Positions 12,480 to 26,280 of a stretch of 64,000 nucleotides of DNA are shown here, in pieces (position 1 is the first letter of the stretch; the number at the start of each line of letters is the position of its first letter). Below the pieces are notes generated by a model. It was not told the origin of the DNA, searched no databases, and saw only the letters and a program-made list of their open reading frames with translations. A program made the translations under genes and the position numbers. Origin of the DNA: Camelus ferus (lineage: Eukaryota); the NCBI RefSeq assembly GCF_009834535.1, contig NC_045697.1, positions 20,400,001 to 20,464,000 of the forward strand. Reading direction: 5' to 3'.

Positions 12480-12895
12480 TTGGCTACACAGAATGGGAAA
12501 ATTCACTGAACTCATCTCTCCATGGTCCAAGGGATGGTCATATGACTCAAGACCAACTAGACTTCTTCCCTACGATTTTAAATTCTGTAATAAAAAGAAT
12601 AGGAGATTTTCTTTGAAGGTGAAAAGCTGTTAGAATAAAAGAAAAAGACACCTACTGCCATAATTTTTGATGTTCAGAAGACATCCACACACATAAAGAG
12701 AACACAAAGCTGGTATGTGAAGTAGAGAGAAGAGACAGCCCGAACTAAAACTAAGTGCTAACTTCCAGTCAGCCCTCAGTGCTGCTCACCCTCCACTATG
12801 TCATCATTTGCTTACATGAGTTAAAATTTCCATTTTGTCTTAAGCTGACTCATTTTTTTAAATTGTAATAGATATTTTTCTTGACTAAAACCACA
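12480..12895 (+). mobile_element. Highly decayed ERVL/MaLR-type LTR (LTR33/old MLT1-like)
   Basis: GGTCATATGACTCAAGACCAA and a terminal TTTTGTCTTAAGCT...CTTGACTAAAAC resemble old ERVL LTRs. Confidence 0.4.
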
Positions 12896-13695
12896 GTGTC
12901 TACTTCTTCTAATACGGGGATGTGAGATCCAAGAAAAATCTCCTCACCTTCTCCACATCTCATTTTCCCATCTGTAAAATGAGAGTGTGGCTCTGAATAA
13001 TTTGTAATGACCGTCTAACTCTCATAGTCTGATTCCCCTCGAGCTATGGATCTGTAAAACTTGTCTCATGTTTGGTTGCCACAAGTGTGACTGATGATTA
13101 GCGTATAAAACAAATTGTCCTTGCATTATCCCATTTGTTTGTAGTCATTTTCTATTCTGATGGCTCTGCTTCTCAACTGTTTCTCTCATTGAAGAAGCAG
13201 TTACCAAAACTTTACTCACAATGTGGAACTCAAAACTAACCTCTACTTTCTCCATTCCAGGCCTAAGGCTGTTGTAGGAGGATCATGAGGGCTTCTGAAC
13301 GATTGTCCAACAAAGCGAAATCCCAGACTTTTTAGGCAGTTATTCTCAAACTTTTCTACAGAAATGTCCTCAATAGCCGGAGAGTTAAATATGTTTTCTG
13401 TGGGGTTCCAGAGCTGTGTGAACAGGAAATAAACTATTGCAAGGACAAAATGTATTTTAAGCTAGAGACTTGGCTTTAAAGAATCCAACATATTGTATAT
13501 TCTATTCAGTAATACAAAAGCAGTGCTGTAATTTACTTAAAATGAAGGAAAATGCATGCTTCAGATGGATACACCATGTTTAGCTTTTCATATCCTGAAT
13601 ATAATAACCCACAGGTGATTGAGAAGCACAGGCTGTTAGTACTTATGGCTCCTATTAACATGTTTTCTGAAAGTGAAATCATATAAAGCCAGCAG

Positions 13696-14203
13696 TGTTA
13701 CCAAGTCCAAACTGGTTCTATTCACACAACAGGCCAATAAATCAGGAGACAAGTTGTTGGGGCAAGGAATAATGACTTTATACAGAAAGCTGGCAGACCA
13801 AGAAAATGGCATACTAACGTTCTGGAGAACCATCTTCCCCAAGTCAGAATTCAGGCTTCTTTTATTCTAAAAGGGGGGAGGGGGTGATTGTTGTAAACTT
13901 CTTGGTGTCGGAATCCTTTGTTCTTGCAGCTGTCCAAGTAGGTCAGGTCATGATGTTCTTATAAATTTCCAACAAGACAAATGTTATTCTGTATTCTACA
14001 ACTTTTTATCTCTATGTGAATGGAAACGTGTTATATCCTTAAAGGTCAGAGCCTTGAGAATGGGCTATTCTGTACACTCCAGGCTCTAGGCAACATGCTT
14101 TTACAAAAGGTTCAGAACCAGCATGACTAAGTATAGAAAACAGAGCACAGGGTTAGAGCTAAAGGAGCAGATCTCACATTGACCATTATTCTTCCCTGTT
14201 GCA
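13696..14203 (-). mobile_element. ERV1-class solo LTR, same family as 57546-58040
   Basis: TG...CA termini, 4-bp TSD GCAG/GCAA, and end-to-end alignment to the reverse complement of 57546-58040. Confidence 0.9.
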
Positions 14204-15334
14204 GCAATACATATTAACAGAAGCTTGAATCATCTCATCAGGCTTTCTTCATTCAATTTTAAAGAGAATGGAAAACACAACAGATAAATTTGAAGAAATG
14301 GAAGAGCTCAGGAAAAGTTCAAAGCATTAAGCAAACTCAAAAGGATACTTAAATATCCAGAGGGCAGCTTCAAAGCAGGGAGTAGCTGAAGATAAAACAG
14401 TAGAAGTGAAAAGAATTGCTCACGTGGGGTGGGGTTGCAGTGGTACCCAAAGCATCTCTGTTACTATCCCAGGAGAAGAGTGAATAGTAGCTATGACAAA
14501 AAATATGTGGTAGCATCAGAGAAGACAGAATCTTCAGAACCTTGGAGAAACAGAGTGATCCTGAGACAAACAGGGGTTCCTGGGGCTGGACTGCAGAAAA
14601 ACCTGCTTATGGAGAATGAGAGCTACCACTTTCTTTTCAGAAACTTGCTTACTTTTACTTATCACATGGCATTAACAGATTGTTGCCTAACTTTGGACAT
14701 TTCAAAAGGAGAGGAACTTTTCTGTCAGTTCTGATATGATAATTGCAGAATATACATCCTTTAATTGAACATCCTTTAATTGAATCACTTGGCCAGGATT
14801 CCAAATAACAAAATGTCTATTATGCTATTCTCTGCGCAATAGAAGTTACGCAACATGTTTCTTTTTAGAAGAGAGAAGAAAAAGTAAAAACCACCCCCAG
14901 ATGACCACTTTTCACTTTTATTTTATCGAGAAAGGTGAGGAACATGCATAAAATACATGTTCTTGAATTTATCTCCATTGGGTACAGAGAGAAAAGAGCT
15001 CATTATTCTTCTAATGTGCAGATTTGACTTTATTGACACCCTAGCAGTATGTCAATCGCTCAGTATATCTCCCTAGGCTGTAGTCTTACAGACTTCCTTT
15101 TCTTCTGTTTTTTTTTTTTTTTTTTTTTACTTAGCATTCTTGGTACATTTCCAAGGATGTCTCTTTATGCAATCTTACAATCCACTTCTGAAATAATAAC
15201 TATAATTTCAAAGATAACTGTTCATTACGTGCTCTGTCTACCACATAAGCATGTCTAATTATTTGTAAATGGACCACACCTTGCACGTATTAGGTAGTAA
15301 ACATATGAATTCAGTTTAAAAACTATATCAAGTA

Positions 15335-15460
15335 ATACATTCTGGTGAGGGTAGGCATTTCTTTTTTAATTCATTTTGTGTCTCCATGGACTGGCTCTGT
15401 GCCTCACATCCAGCAGGTATGAAACAAATGCTTGTTGAATAATAAATGAATGAATAAATT
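15335..15460 (+). mobile_element. L2 3' end
   Basis: GTGAGGGTAGG...TGTGTCTCCA...GTGCCT...AAATGCTTGTTGAAT...(AATG)n tail. Confidence 0.7.
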
Positions 15461-15579
15461 AATGATTAGATGGATTAATTAATAGGTAAATAGTTGTAAC
15501 TACCAAAAATTTTGATGAATGCATAGAATTATAGAATTTAATTGCCAAGTGAGATCATTTAGTTCTACCAAAATCTGAC

Positions 15580-16091
15580 CTGGTGACCAGAATAATGGCC
15601 TTAAAGATGCTGAAGTCTTATTTCTCCAAAACCTACGAATACGTTACCTTACATAGCAAAAGGGACTTGGCAGATGTCTGTTAAGGATTTGAGACAGGAA
15701 GAGAATCCTTGATTATCCAGGTGAGCCTAATATAATCACAAGGGTCCTTAAAAGAGGGAGGCTGCATGTCAGAAACAAAAAAGGCAATGTGACCATAGAA
15801 GCAGAAACAGAGAGAGATTTGAAGATGCCTCCTTACTATCTTTGAGGATGGAAGAAGGGGGCAAGATCCAAGGAATGATGGGAGCGTTTAGAGGCTGGGG
15901 AAGACAAGAAAACAGATCATCTTTAGAGCTTCTAGGAAAAAAAAAAACAGCCCTGCTGACACCTTGACATTAGCATGGTGAGATTTATTTTTGGACTCTG
16001 ACCTCCAGAACTGTGAGATAGTAAATTTGTGTTGTTTAAAGCATTCATTCAGTGTGTGGCAATTTGTTACAGCAGCAAAAGGTATTGAGTA
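15580..16091 (+). mobile_element. MLT1D-like ERVL-MaLR solo LTR
   Basis: CAGAATAATGGCC...GTTACCTTACATAGCAAAAGGGACTTGGCAGATG...GATTATCCAGGTGAGCCTAATATAATCACAAGGGTCCTTAAAAG...CTGACCTCCAGAACTGTGAGA...TTTGTTACAGCAGC. Confidence 0.88.
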
Positions 16092-16094
16092 GTC

Positions 16095-16185
16095 CTACTC
16101 AGTGGATCTGGAATAAAGTCAGGAACCTGAAATTTACCAAGTACCCTCAGTATCTCTGAGGCAGTAATTATGTGGGAAACCCTGA
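16095..16185. mobile_element. MER5-like MITE fragment
   Basis: CAGTGGATCTGG...CAGGAACCTG...CCAAGTACCCTCAG...GGGAAACCCTG. Confidence 0.45.
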
Positions 16186-18261
16186 TATATTTTGTCACAC
16201 CCATTTTGTACTTGAAAAGAACCACAATGTTAAGATCTCAATAGCATTAGTATAGACATAAGTTCAATTTACCATGTTCCAAAAACATGTTTGGAAAAAC
16301 AAACCAGAAAAAAAGCCCCAAACTATTAACAGTGTATTTTGTAGATAGATATTGATTTTCTCCCCCTGCTTTTACAAAGAGAACAATGGCCAGCATGTGT
16401 TTTCACAGGGGGTGTTCGAGATAATACCCTCTATGCATTGTTTCAAGCAGAAATTCTCTGTCTATCATTTCTGCTGTATTATTTTACATCTTTCAAAGAC
16501 GCTCACATTTCACTGCAGGGAGCCAAAGCTGGTCTGTGTTAACATCTCTAACTGCAAACCATGGTAGTGTTTACTTTCCTTTCTCTTGAGTAGACTGTTG
16601 GTGGTTTTCTCTATCTCCTTCTGTGAAGAGTATGATAAACATGTGGTGTGAGCACATATTTTTCTGTCTCCTTTAAATTATGTTACTAAATTATACTAAC
16701 TGTGGCTTCATTAAATACATAGGACACATTTGGAGTTTTAACAATTTTAGAGCCATTCAGTAGGTATGTTAGTACTGCTTGTTTTCTAAAAATATTAAAA
16801 TTAAGGATGGAAGTCTAATGTGCATTAGTAACTTAGTATAAATTTAGGCTACAAATAGAAAAGGGAAAAATTATAATTCACCAAGGGAATTCTCAGAAAT
16901 GACTCTTTCAAAATGATAGAATTTTAAAGCAGGTGTTGGGAAGACATCCTATATTCTTACATCTACTTTTTTCATTCCATTTAACAATCAGTGTAATTAT
17001 TACTGTTTAATCCTTTTAAATTTGACATTGTTCTAATGTGTGCTCTTATGCGAACATTTCCTTTGGCGCTTCATCTCACACTATCTCTCTTTAAAAAGCA
17101 AGTTTCTCTATAGGGACAAATTTTACTGTGGCTGCCCGATTTCCTCCTTTCAGCATGATTATTCAGCAGGTAAGCTCTGAGACTCTGTGTGTATTTTTTT
17201 CAATTTGTCTACAGAAAAATAATGGACTCAGAGACGCACAGTTGTAAGGGCCTGTGGCTGTCATTTATGCTGCTTCCCATCCAAGACTTAAAGCCTTGAT
17301 TTTAGTGACTACGTGGAAAATTGAAATGCCATTTACAAGATTTCAAGGACCCTCACTATTAAACTGAGATCCTCAGCCTTTTTGCTGGTATATTGTTATT
17401 GTCGGAGACATTAAGCAACTAGACCTCTCTTGGGGACCGACTGTAGCTGCTTCACTCCCGGATTAATAATGAGGGAAGGAAATTTTCCCTGGTTTTGTCA
17501 GTGAGACTCTGGAGCACTCTCTCTGTTTTCCTTATGCCTGCTTTAGTGACTACAGAGGGTTTTCTTGCCAGATATACACACAGTAGCAAAAACTGAAGCC
17601 TCTCTCTTAGCTAATGAGCAGCAAAATATAAGCTTGGGACCGTCTCTGTGGAAACTTTTGAATACGGTGACCTACCAGTGCTGAATGTGTTTGAGGTGAC
17701 AATTCTCATAGAAGGCAGATTGTCACAAATGGGAGATGGTAAGACTGTATGAGAGCTACTAAATTTATCTCTGCCTCAGTTTCCATCACTGGAAAGGCAT
17801 CATCATCTAATTCACAGTCATCAGGATTAATGAGTAATCTAAATTATATTAAATTTCTCAGGGATAGGCATTATATAAATAGGAAGCACTCTATTAAATG
17901 GGCAAAAAATTCAAGAAAGGAAGGCTAAACTTAATATATAAAATGTGGTCTCAAATGTAAGTAATTGACCACAAATCAGGACTTTGGGCCAATTACTGGC
18001 CATCCAATCTGTGTCATTTGAAAAAAATTGTACAGAACATCCTTTCTTCACTTACAAAATTTGCTTTTACATGAAGTAGATAATTTAGCACCAAATAAGA
18101 ACATAGTTCCATTTCCTCCATGTATCACTGCAGACTGCTAAAAAAAGAATTATATTAAATTGGTAGTCAGAATCTTTCCTCAAATGATAATTGGATCTCA
18201 GATTCAGAGAACACCATTCAATTGGAAAGAAATGGCCAGAAGAAACATAAGGCCTCTGTAC

Positions 18262-18343
18262 ATATAATATTTTATATATAATATTATATATATTATATAT
18301 ATATTATAATATATTAAATATATTATATATAATATAAAATATT
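18262..18343. repeat. Pure A/T low-complexity tract
   Basis: 82 consecutive A/T bases. Confidence 0.9.
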
Positions 18344-19414
18344 GTTTATTTTCTTAAATATTACATCAAGTTCACTCCACAGAGGGAGAAAACATTGATC
18401 CTAAACATGTATCTGATATTATGCTTTAAAATGCCACTTGTAAATTGTTTATACTTGTTATTCATGCTGTGAAGTCTACTTACAGACAGTAAGAATCCTT
18501 ATTAATTTTTACAGAATTGTCCATTGAATGCACAGTACTCTGCTAAGATATTTTGATGGACTTGGTGCAGAGAAACAATAAGGGCAAAAGTTATCTGGAC
18601 CCTTTGTCATAATCAGTATGCTATTGTTAGTCTTATATAAGAATGTCTCCATAGTTAAGAATTTGTGTTTTTATCAAGTAATATTCAGACTTTTAGAATA
18701 TGCATACAAACTGTGATCTGAATAAAACTAGTATTTATGATGGAAAAGAAGTAGACTCACGTAGAAAGCCTTCATAGTTTGTCACTGGGGATTTTGGTAG
18801 GAAAGTTATTAATATAGATATTTGTTTATCAGGGAGCTCTTCATTGAATTGAGAGCTATAAGCTATGAGGAATATTTTACTGGAAATATACCTGCAAGAA
18901 GCCCTATGCATTTTCCAAACAAAGAAAATAAACATCACTTATCTGGAAAACAGGTTGAAGATAAGTTCTAGCATGATAAGATATATTTAAAGCACTAAAG
19001 ACAAATCAGAACAACACATGATCCCCAAATAGAATTGAACACTTTTTGGCTAGATATGATTCTAAAAACTCTTTGCCTAAATGATTCAGACTGGATTTGT
19101 GTGATTTCCCCTATGTCCTCTTCATGACCACTGGGAAGTCTTGTAGATCCCAGGGAAACATAAATTGAGTTAAGTGAGTTCACAAATTCCACTAAGACCT
19201 GTGTGTTGTCCAGGATGGTTGGTATTTCAACCCAGATAATTATGTAGTATAAATTATGGAAGGTGAGAGAAGGAATAAAATTAACATATTCAACAAAACT
19301 CCCCATGTTTCATGGGGTAAATACAGTCTCTGGGAATCTATCTGTAAGTAAACATTTTACAAATTCTTTTATCCAGAAATATTTTGTTTCTGAATTAACT
19401 CTATATATGTCCCT

Positions 19415-19441
19415 GCGCACGCGCACGCACACACACACACA
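19415..19441. repeat. (CG/CA)n microsatellite
   Basis: GCGCACGCGCACGCACACACACACACA. Confidence 0.8.
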
Positions 19442-19533
19442 TATCAAACATTTTATATTATTCTAAATATATGCCCGGAATTGTGCTAAGCATTTTATGT
19501 GTATATTTATTGCATTCTTTACATCTAGGAAGT

Positions 19534-19898
19534 TGTCTTGGCCTGTTTAGGCTGCTATATACCATACTAAAATACAGACTGGGTGGCTTATAAACAACAG
19601 AAATTTGTTTCCCCATACTTGAGCCTGGAAGTCCAAGATCACGGTGGCGCCAGCATACTTACACCCTGGTGAGGGTCCTCTCCTGAGCAGCAGACTGCCT
19701 AATTCTTCTGTGTCCTCGTCAGGTGGAAGTGGTGGGGATGCTCTGTGGGGACTCTTAGAAAAAAACACTAATCCCATTCATGAAAATTCCACCCTCATGA
19801 CTTAATTACCTCTCAAAGGCCCCAGCTCCTAATACGGTCGCCTTTGGGGGTTGGGTTGCAACAAACTAATTTTGAGGGGACACATTCCAACCATAGTA
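19534..19898 (-). mobile_element. MLT1A-like ERVL-MaLR solo LTR
   Basis: GGCTGCTATA...AGACTGGGTGGCTTATAAACAACAGAAATTT...GGAAGTCCAAGATCA...CACTAATCCCATTCATGA...CCACCCTCATGACTTAATTACCTC...GGGGACACATTC. Confidence 0.88.
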
Positions 19899-22227
19899 AA
19901 AGGTAAAATATTGATATAATGTTTCCAATTAATACTGACAAGATTTCTTGTTAAGTGTAGTGACTAAATACTTGAGTCAAAGGATGAAGAAACAAAGATA
20001 AAGAGTAGTTAGCAAAAAAAGTTTTACACGTAAAATGCTTTGAAGTCCATTAGGAGTGATGCAAATATCATAACCAGAAGATCTTAAGGACTTTCATCCA
20101 AGAAAGGAAAATACTAAATGATACCCATATCAAACTGCTCATTCTATTTAAACGTCAAAACCCTATCTGAAACTTCAGAGTGTAACTCTGCCCCTTAAAT
20201 TAAAACACAGTATTGGTTTTACGTATTGCTTCTTGAGTGAAAACATGTTCGCCATTAAACTATGAATTTCCAAGTTTTTCTTCCATAAACCACTTTTAGA
20301 ATGCCTCTTCGTTCCACCTCATTATAGAAGAACACTTGTTTCCCCCCATAAAGCAGTGTCTTGATACAGAAAGTATAATATATCATTCAAGTGACCCTTT
20401 AAGACATTGTACTTTGAAAACTATAGTTTTTGAACTAATGACTATGTTGTAACTATACAGAAATAATGAAGTTATTGTCCTCTATATCATAGAATTTTGG
20501 TAGAATGAACAGTTGCTAAAGCCAAAGGGTGAAAGCATTATAAAAGTTATTTTATATGTCTTAATTTATACATCAGTGTTTCAAAAATGTCACATCTCAA
20601 ATTGTTGATGTCTACATTTATTTTGGCTTTGTATCTGCATACATCTAAATGTGCTACGCTTTGGTTAAAGTTCCCTTCTGTTAGCTACAGCTGTCTTACT
20701 CCTCTCTCTAGGAAATACTATTTTAAGAAGGATTAAAAAATTATCACTTAATGTATGTTTCTGTTTGAAAGTTAATTTAAATATATATTTGGTTATATTT
20801 GATGTATATTTATGTGTATTATATTTACATATTTCCAAACACTTTGTAAGAATCAGAAAAATGTGAGCTATATCAGTTGATATAACAACTCAAAAGTAAT
20901 CATTTCTCACCCCAATGCCTTGTCTCTTTTCTTCTGATATAAAGACGGTACAGAGAAGTCAGCTTTCTTAAACATGTTCCATTTTGACTCACAGTTGTCA
21001 ACTACTTGTAGGGAGAAGTAAATGTGAATTTCTTTATTTAGAATATTGACCCTGGGGGGAGGTATATTTCCAAAGGCAAAAGCTTTTATAGGCTTCAGTG
21101 GCTCAAATTTTAAATATATAATTCCAGAGATCATTTCTTCCAATTTTCTTTTTTCGGTTAGGAAGAATTACAATGCAATTTCAAATTCAATTCAAGTCTC
21201 TGACCCTGATCTACTAGATCATAAATATACCCAATCCAATTACATCAGTGACCAAAGAACACTTTCTATTTTCTTGGTGATGCTTCTTCTCATTGTTTCC
21301 CAAGAATGAGACAGACTTAGTGAGCAGAAGTCCAGTTATATGGGAGAGTAATAGCTAACACGACAGATTTTCCCCCAACTGCTATAAGAAGACATCACAC
21401 TTTGACGATGATGTGAAATAAGCATTTCAGCCCAGCTGCTTAACCCAATGCTCCTTTTAACACTTTAACCTTTTAATGTAATGGGGAAGGTTAAAAGTTA
21501 ACAATATTTCATTATTTCTCAAATACATCAATTTCAAAGTAAATCAATTACCCAGACAGTAATATTTCACGTTTTCATTATCTATTAGGTACTGAAACCC
21601 AGAGAGTTATCTGTGAAAGAAATAAAAACATATTAGAGATATTTTTAAAAAGTCTTCATGTCCAAACCATGGAGCAGATCAGTTAAGAAAAATGGATCAG
21701 GAAAGAGAACAACAGGATTCATGGGTCTATTTCTTTTATTTTGTTTTATTTTTGCATTTTCAAAATGTTTACTGATACATGGAGCTTGCTTTTAAATAAG
21801 CTGCATTTTTGCTTACATTTGAGAATGCTTATCCTTCAAACGGTAATATGCAATGGTAGGTAAAGTTACTAGTGCAATGTGACCACTGAAATCCAATTGA
21901 GGGCTCCAGGAGAGTGAGCCCTTTGAAGAGTCTTTTGTTGTGATTGAATAAGGACAGTCACAGGCATGGCGAGTAATATGTTCTGAGCAAAGATGCCCCA
22001 TGTGTCCAAATATTTGGACTCATTGGGGTGATGTCTTTCTCAGAGATGATGAGAGCAGCACATTCTTCTCTCATTTTCTACCTATTTGACCTTGGTCTAA
22101 TCACCAAGCCTCACTGTGCTATGATTCTCTTCACCAAAACATAAAATACTAACTTATTAATAAGAGACCAGTGAGAACAATAATGAGTATTAGCAAATTA
22201 GAATGTGTTCCAAATCCATAGTTAAAC

Positions 22228-22786
22228 TGTTAACACAAGGAAGGTAAAAAGCCCTCAGTTTGTCGTAGCCAGGAAAAAGAATTTGAATGGGAGACTGAAA
22301 GTGTGATATAAACAGAAAGTTTGTTAATAGAACAAAATTCAGTATAATACACCTTCAAGAACTGAAGGCGGGCCAACCCCAGAGAGAAAAATGGTGGTGC
22401 TCGCTTGTTTCTCCTGTCTTATATCCTGGCGTAGGGGCATCTCATGACTGAATGACAGCTCACATCCATTGAGTGCTCAGGTAGCCCAGCTCTTTTGTGC
22501 ATGTTTTTACCCACGATGCACACAGAAAAAACCTACTGGGAAGGGGCCCAAACCACAAGGCTAATTATATTATAATGAGTATTGGGTCATGTTAAGCCAG
22601 GTCCTTCTCTCTACTGCACAGCTGCAGCATTCAATTCTAACTAGCTTCTCTATTGGCACTCATTTAGAGAAAGTAAAACCCTTTGAAGCCCCTTATTCTG
22701 AGCACAGGTGTAAGGTTATCTTCTGGATTGCTCCCTCCCCTTTCTCTCCCCTTGCCTGGTGCTTATTTCTATCTAACTGCCTAACA
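22228..22786 (-). mobile_element. ERV1-class solo LTR
   Basis: TGTTA...TAACA terminal inverted repeat with a perfect 4-bp TSD AAAC/AAAC, 559 bp. Strand is inferred from layout. Confidence 0.82.
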
Positions 22787-23684
22787 AAACCATGAATTAT
22801 CCATTTTTGTGACTATTAGGACCCTTAAACAATCAACTCTAAACATATCCAAAATTTCTTTTGTAACACATAGTGTAGTGTTTCTCCCTTGAAATTGTAA
22901 TCAAAACACTCAAATCATATGAGGAAAAAAGTTTCTTTGATAATATACTTTCTTTTCCTTTTTAGAGACTTCTGAAGTAGGTGGAAATTTCAGCTATAAT
23001 TGAACAGATAAGTTATCTGTGACCCTCTGTACCTATTCATTTGGAGGACAAAAGCAGTAGGCTCATTAGATCCAACCAGATCACAGATGACTTTGCTTGT
23101 GTATGGTTTTAGTTAACCAAGATTGTCTACAGGACCGTGAGCCTCACACTTAGCTTTCAGTGGAATTTGACTTGTAAGAATAAATCAGTGCTTTGGAAAT
23201 GTCATGTTCTTATGTTAATGAGCTTATAATTAAGCAGAACGCACATGGTTTTCTTTACAGAGTTCCACCCACAAGGATTCTATTGATTTACTGCTTCATT
23301 ATATGAAATAGCATGTCAGGGTGAAGGTGAAGCAGAAAACAAATTATGATCTAATCTAAGATGTAGATCTGTATTGGAGTGAGAGTGCTGACCTGTGAAA
23401 TAAATTCAAGGAGGATTTACAAAATCAGTCCTATTGTCAAAATGATGAAAGGAGATCTTCTCTGGGTGTTGCACTGGGGACTGCAAAGTCAGGAAGTTTC
23501 TAGAGGTACTCATGAACTTAAAATGCTAAAATAGTTTGCACATATTTGCATTAATCAGGAATGTATTTTTTTTAATTGTAGAAGGAATAATTTAGTATCC
23601 TTTAACATATCTTTATATATAGAAAAAATAAGTTGTGGAGAACAGTGTTGCATGGAGAGGAATTACTAAAATTAAATGTGTGAG

Positions 23685-23812
23685 TGTTGAATATGATATA
23701 CATACAACTATATGTAAATAATTTAAAATGTGAATAAATATATAATAACATATACAATATATAAATATATATATATAAATATAAAATATATACAGTTTAG
23801 TTTTGTATATAT
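23685..23812. repeat. AT-rich low-complexity region
   Basis: Degenerate (TA)n. Confidence 0.7.
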
Positions 23813-25679
23813 TCTCAAATATCACTGTTGTCACTAAAATTACTTTGAGACTATTAAGTTGTCATGGAACTTCCTCACTTAGAAACCTTCCTCAAGAAAG
23901 GGAATCTTCATCTTTATCAAATGAAAGAATGTCTACATATAGACAAAGCATTTGTAACTGTAAAGCAAGAACTTAGTTATCATTATTCTTTTATTTCTTT
24001 AATTATTTAGTCAACATCATCGAGCACTAATTTGTATCAAAATAAGTATAATTCCTAGAATAAAGGAATGAACAAAGCAGTCCCTGTCCTATGGAAGTTC
24101 ATAAAAATTGACAAGTTAAATATGACACAAAAGCAGGGTGCTATAAGACCACTGAGGAGGATCACAAAAAAGGGGTATGACCTCTAGAAAGGCTGCAAGC
24201 TTAGAACCCAAGAAAACAAGAACCTATCGTAAGTAATGTGTTTAAACAATTCTAAGAACATAGACCATTTTTCTCATTTATATAATTAGTGCTTTGAAAG
24301 AACTATTTATAGGATCTTGAACTTTAAATAGCCTATGATTCTAAGGTATTGTGCCTAGATCATAAAATTACATTTGATAAAATAATGTTTGAAAGTAAGC
24401 TTACATCTGATCTGAGGTAGAAAATTGGTGTTTTACTAGATTGACAAATGCATTTTACCTGCCCAAATGAATTTCTGATGTTATTTCTACTTCATTTAGA
24501 AGTGCTTTAATTAGATGGCTATGGCACATTCTCAAGGTAGTTCTTGTTTCTGAAACAAGATCTGATCCATCCACAGATGTACATTATTCCAAGGAGGTGC
24601 ACTCTTGTCTTTGTTATTTGTATTTGAATTGGAACTCTGATCCATGTAGAACATATGAATTAAAGATGCATTCATAGAGAGAAGGAGAAAGAAAAAAGGA
24701 AACAAAAGAAAGAGGGAAAGAAGGAAATCTTAAGTTTTGTCTGCTCCTCAACTCAAATTATACAATCTATAGACTGCAAAAGAGATAAAATGCTATTTTG
24801 TGACATTACTGAAGTTAAAGACTTATCCTATATTCAGTAATTTTCAAATAAATCAAGTTACAAAATTTTATTTGAGATCTTCCAAAGAGATTGTAAGGAA
24901 CTAAGGCAGATAGAGAGAGCATACTTAGGACTGAGGTGGTAGAGTCCCATTTGAATTTTAAGGAAAAACACCTGTATTGGGATATGCTTACCTTAAGTAT
25001 AATTTTTAAAGATTACTTTCAGTAGCTATTGTTGATAAGATAACCATGAGAATTCCACTTAAGTTTTATGTCTGATAAATACAAAGAAATGCAAAGAGAA
25101 ACTGATTATTAATTTGCCCTCTTGTGAAATGCTGACTATAAATTTAATCTCAGATAACAACACAGAGAAAGAATATTAGTTTTGAGGAATCTGGTGTCTC
25201 ATATATTTGCCACAGATTGTTATCATCGTCACTATAGAGAATGTTAAATTTGTAAATTAGTATGTATCGTAAAGATAATGTCTAGTTAAAAAGCCAGTTT
25301 GAAAATCACTTCGTTTTAAAAAAAGCTTAAAAAAATGATATTCTGTTTGACATATCTTTAAAATAGAAACTCATTATTTCCTTTAGTTGAAGATGATTAT
25401 TATAATAAAGTATATTATTTACTAAAATCTTCTCAGTGCCAGAAATATTCATTCACTCATTCATTCAACAAATAATTGTCTAGTACTTATGGTGTGCTAG
25501 TTACTGTCCTAAGCAGTGAATAAAACAGTTCAAGGAGGTCACATTTTATTGGGACAAAGCAGGTAGCAAATAAATAAAAATACGTATTGAACATGTCAGT
25601 CTGTTATGTAGAAGAGTAAAACATGGTATAAGGGTGGAGACTGATAACGGGAGGACAGATGCTGCTTTATGTAGAGTAG

Positions 25680-26015
25680 TATCTTAGTCAGCTGGGGCTG
25701 CCATAACAGATTAACACAGTCAGGGGGGTTTAAACAACAAGTATTTACTTCTCACAGTTCTGGAGTGGGAGGTCCAAGATCAAGGTGCCAGCAGATTCGG
25801 TTCCTGGTGACAGCCCTCTTCCTGGCATAGAGATGGCATTTCTTGTTATGTCCTCACACAGTAGAGAGAGAACAAGTTAGCTCTCTTCCGTTTCTCATCA
25901 TAGGGACTCCACTTTCATGATCTAGTTACTTTCCAAAGACCCCACTTCCAAATAGTATCATCTTAGGGCTTCAATATATGAGTTTTGGAGGGACACAAAA
26001 ATTAAGTCCCTAGCG
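25680..26015 (-). mobile_element. MLT1A/MLT1A0-like solo LTR nested in L2
   Basis: TCTTAGTCAGCTGGGGCTGCCATAACA...TCTCACAGTTCTGGAG...GTCCAAGATCAAGGTGCCAGCAGATTCGGTTCCTGGTGA...GGAGGGACACAAA. Confidence 0.88.
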
Positions 26016-26280
26016 GACAGGCAAAAAGGTTTTTTCAATGAAGTGACATTTGTGCAAATACATGGAAGAAAGGGGGGAGTCAGGCCTATAGATACCTGGG
26101 GAAGATTGTTCTGGAAAAAGTTCCTGAAGTATGAGGTGATTAGCATGTTCAAGCAATAGGGAAAAAGCCAATGATGAAATGAATGGAGGCAGAGGACACT
26201 GACAGAGGGTAGTGTAGTTGGGTAGTGATGCCTGTGGTTTTGTAAGCCAGGGAAAAGGACTTTGACAAATAGGAGTTGAA

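Noticed and set aside
13673..13870. Apparent paralogous peptides (GDK.LGQGIMTL) here and at 57792-57992
   Set aside because: The similarity is just antisense translation of two copies of the same LTR.
14754..14783. Perfect 15-bp tandem duplication (also short ones near 11330 and 38555)
   Set aside because: Ordinary slippage or repair duplications with no spacer or array structure; not CRISPR-like.
20907..21005. Minus-strand exon candidate (VDNCESKWNMFKKADF...)
   Set aside because: Mediocre splice sites and no recognisable protein.
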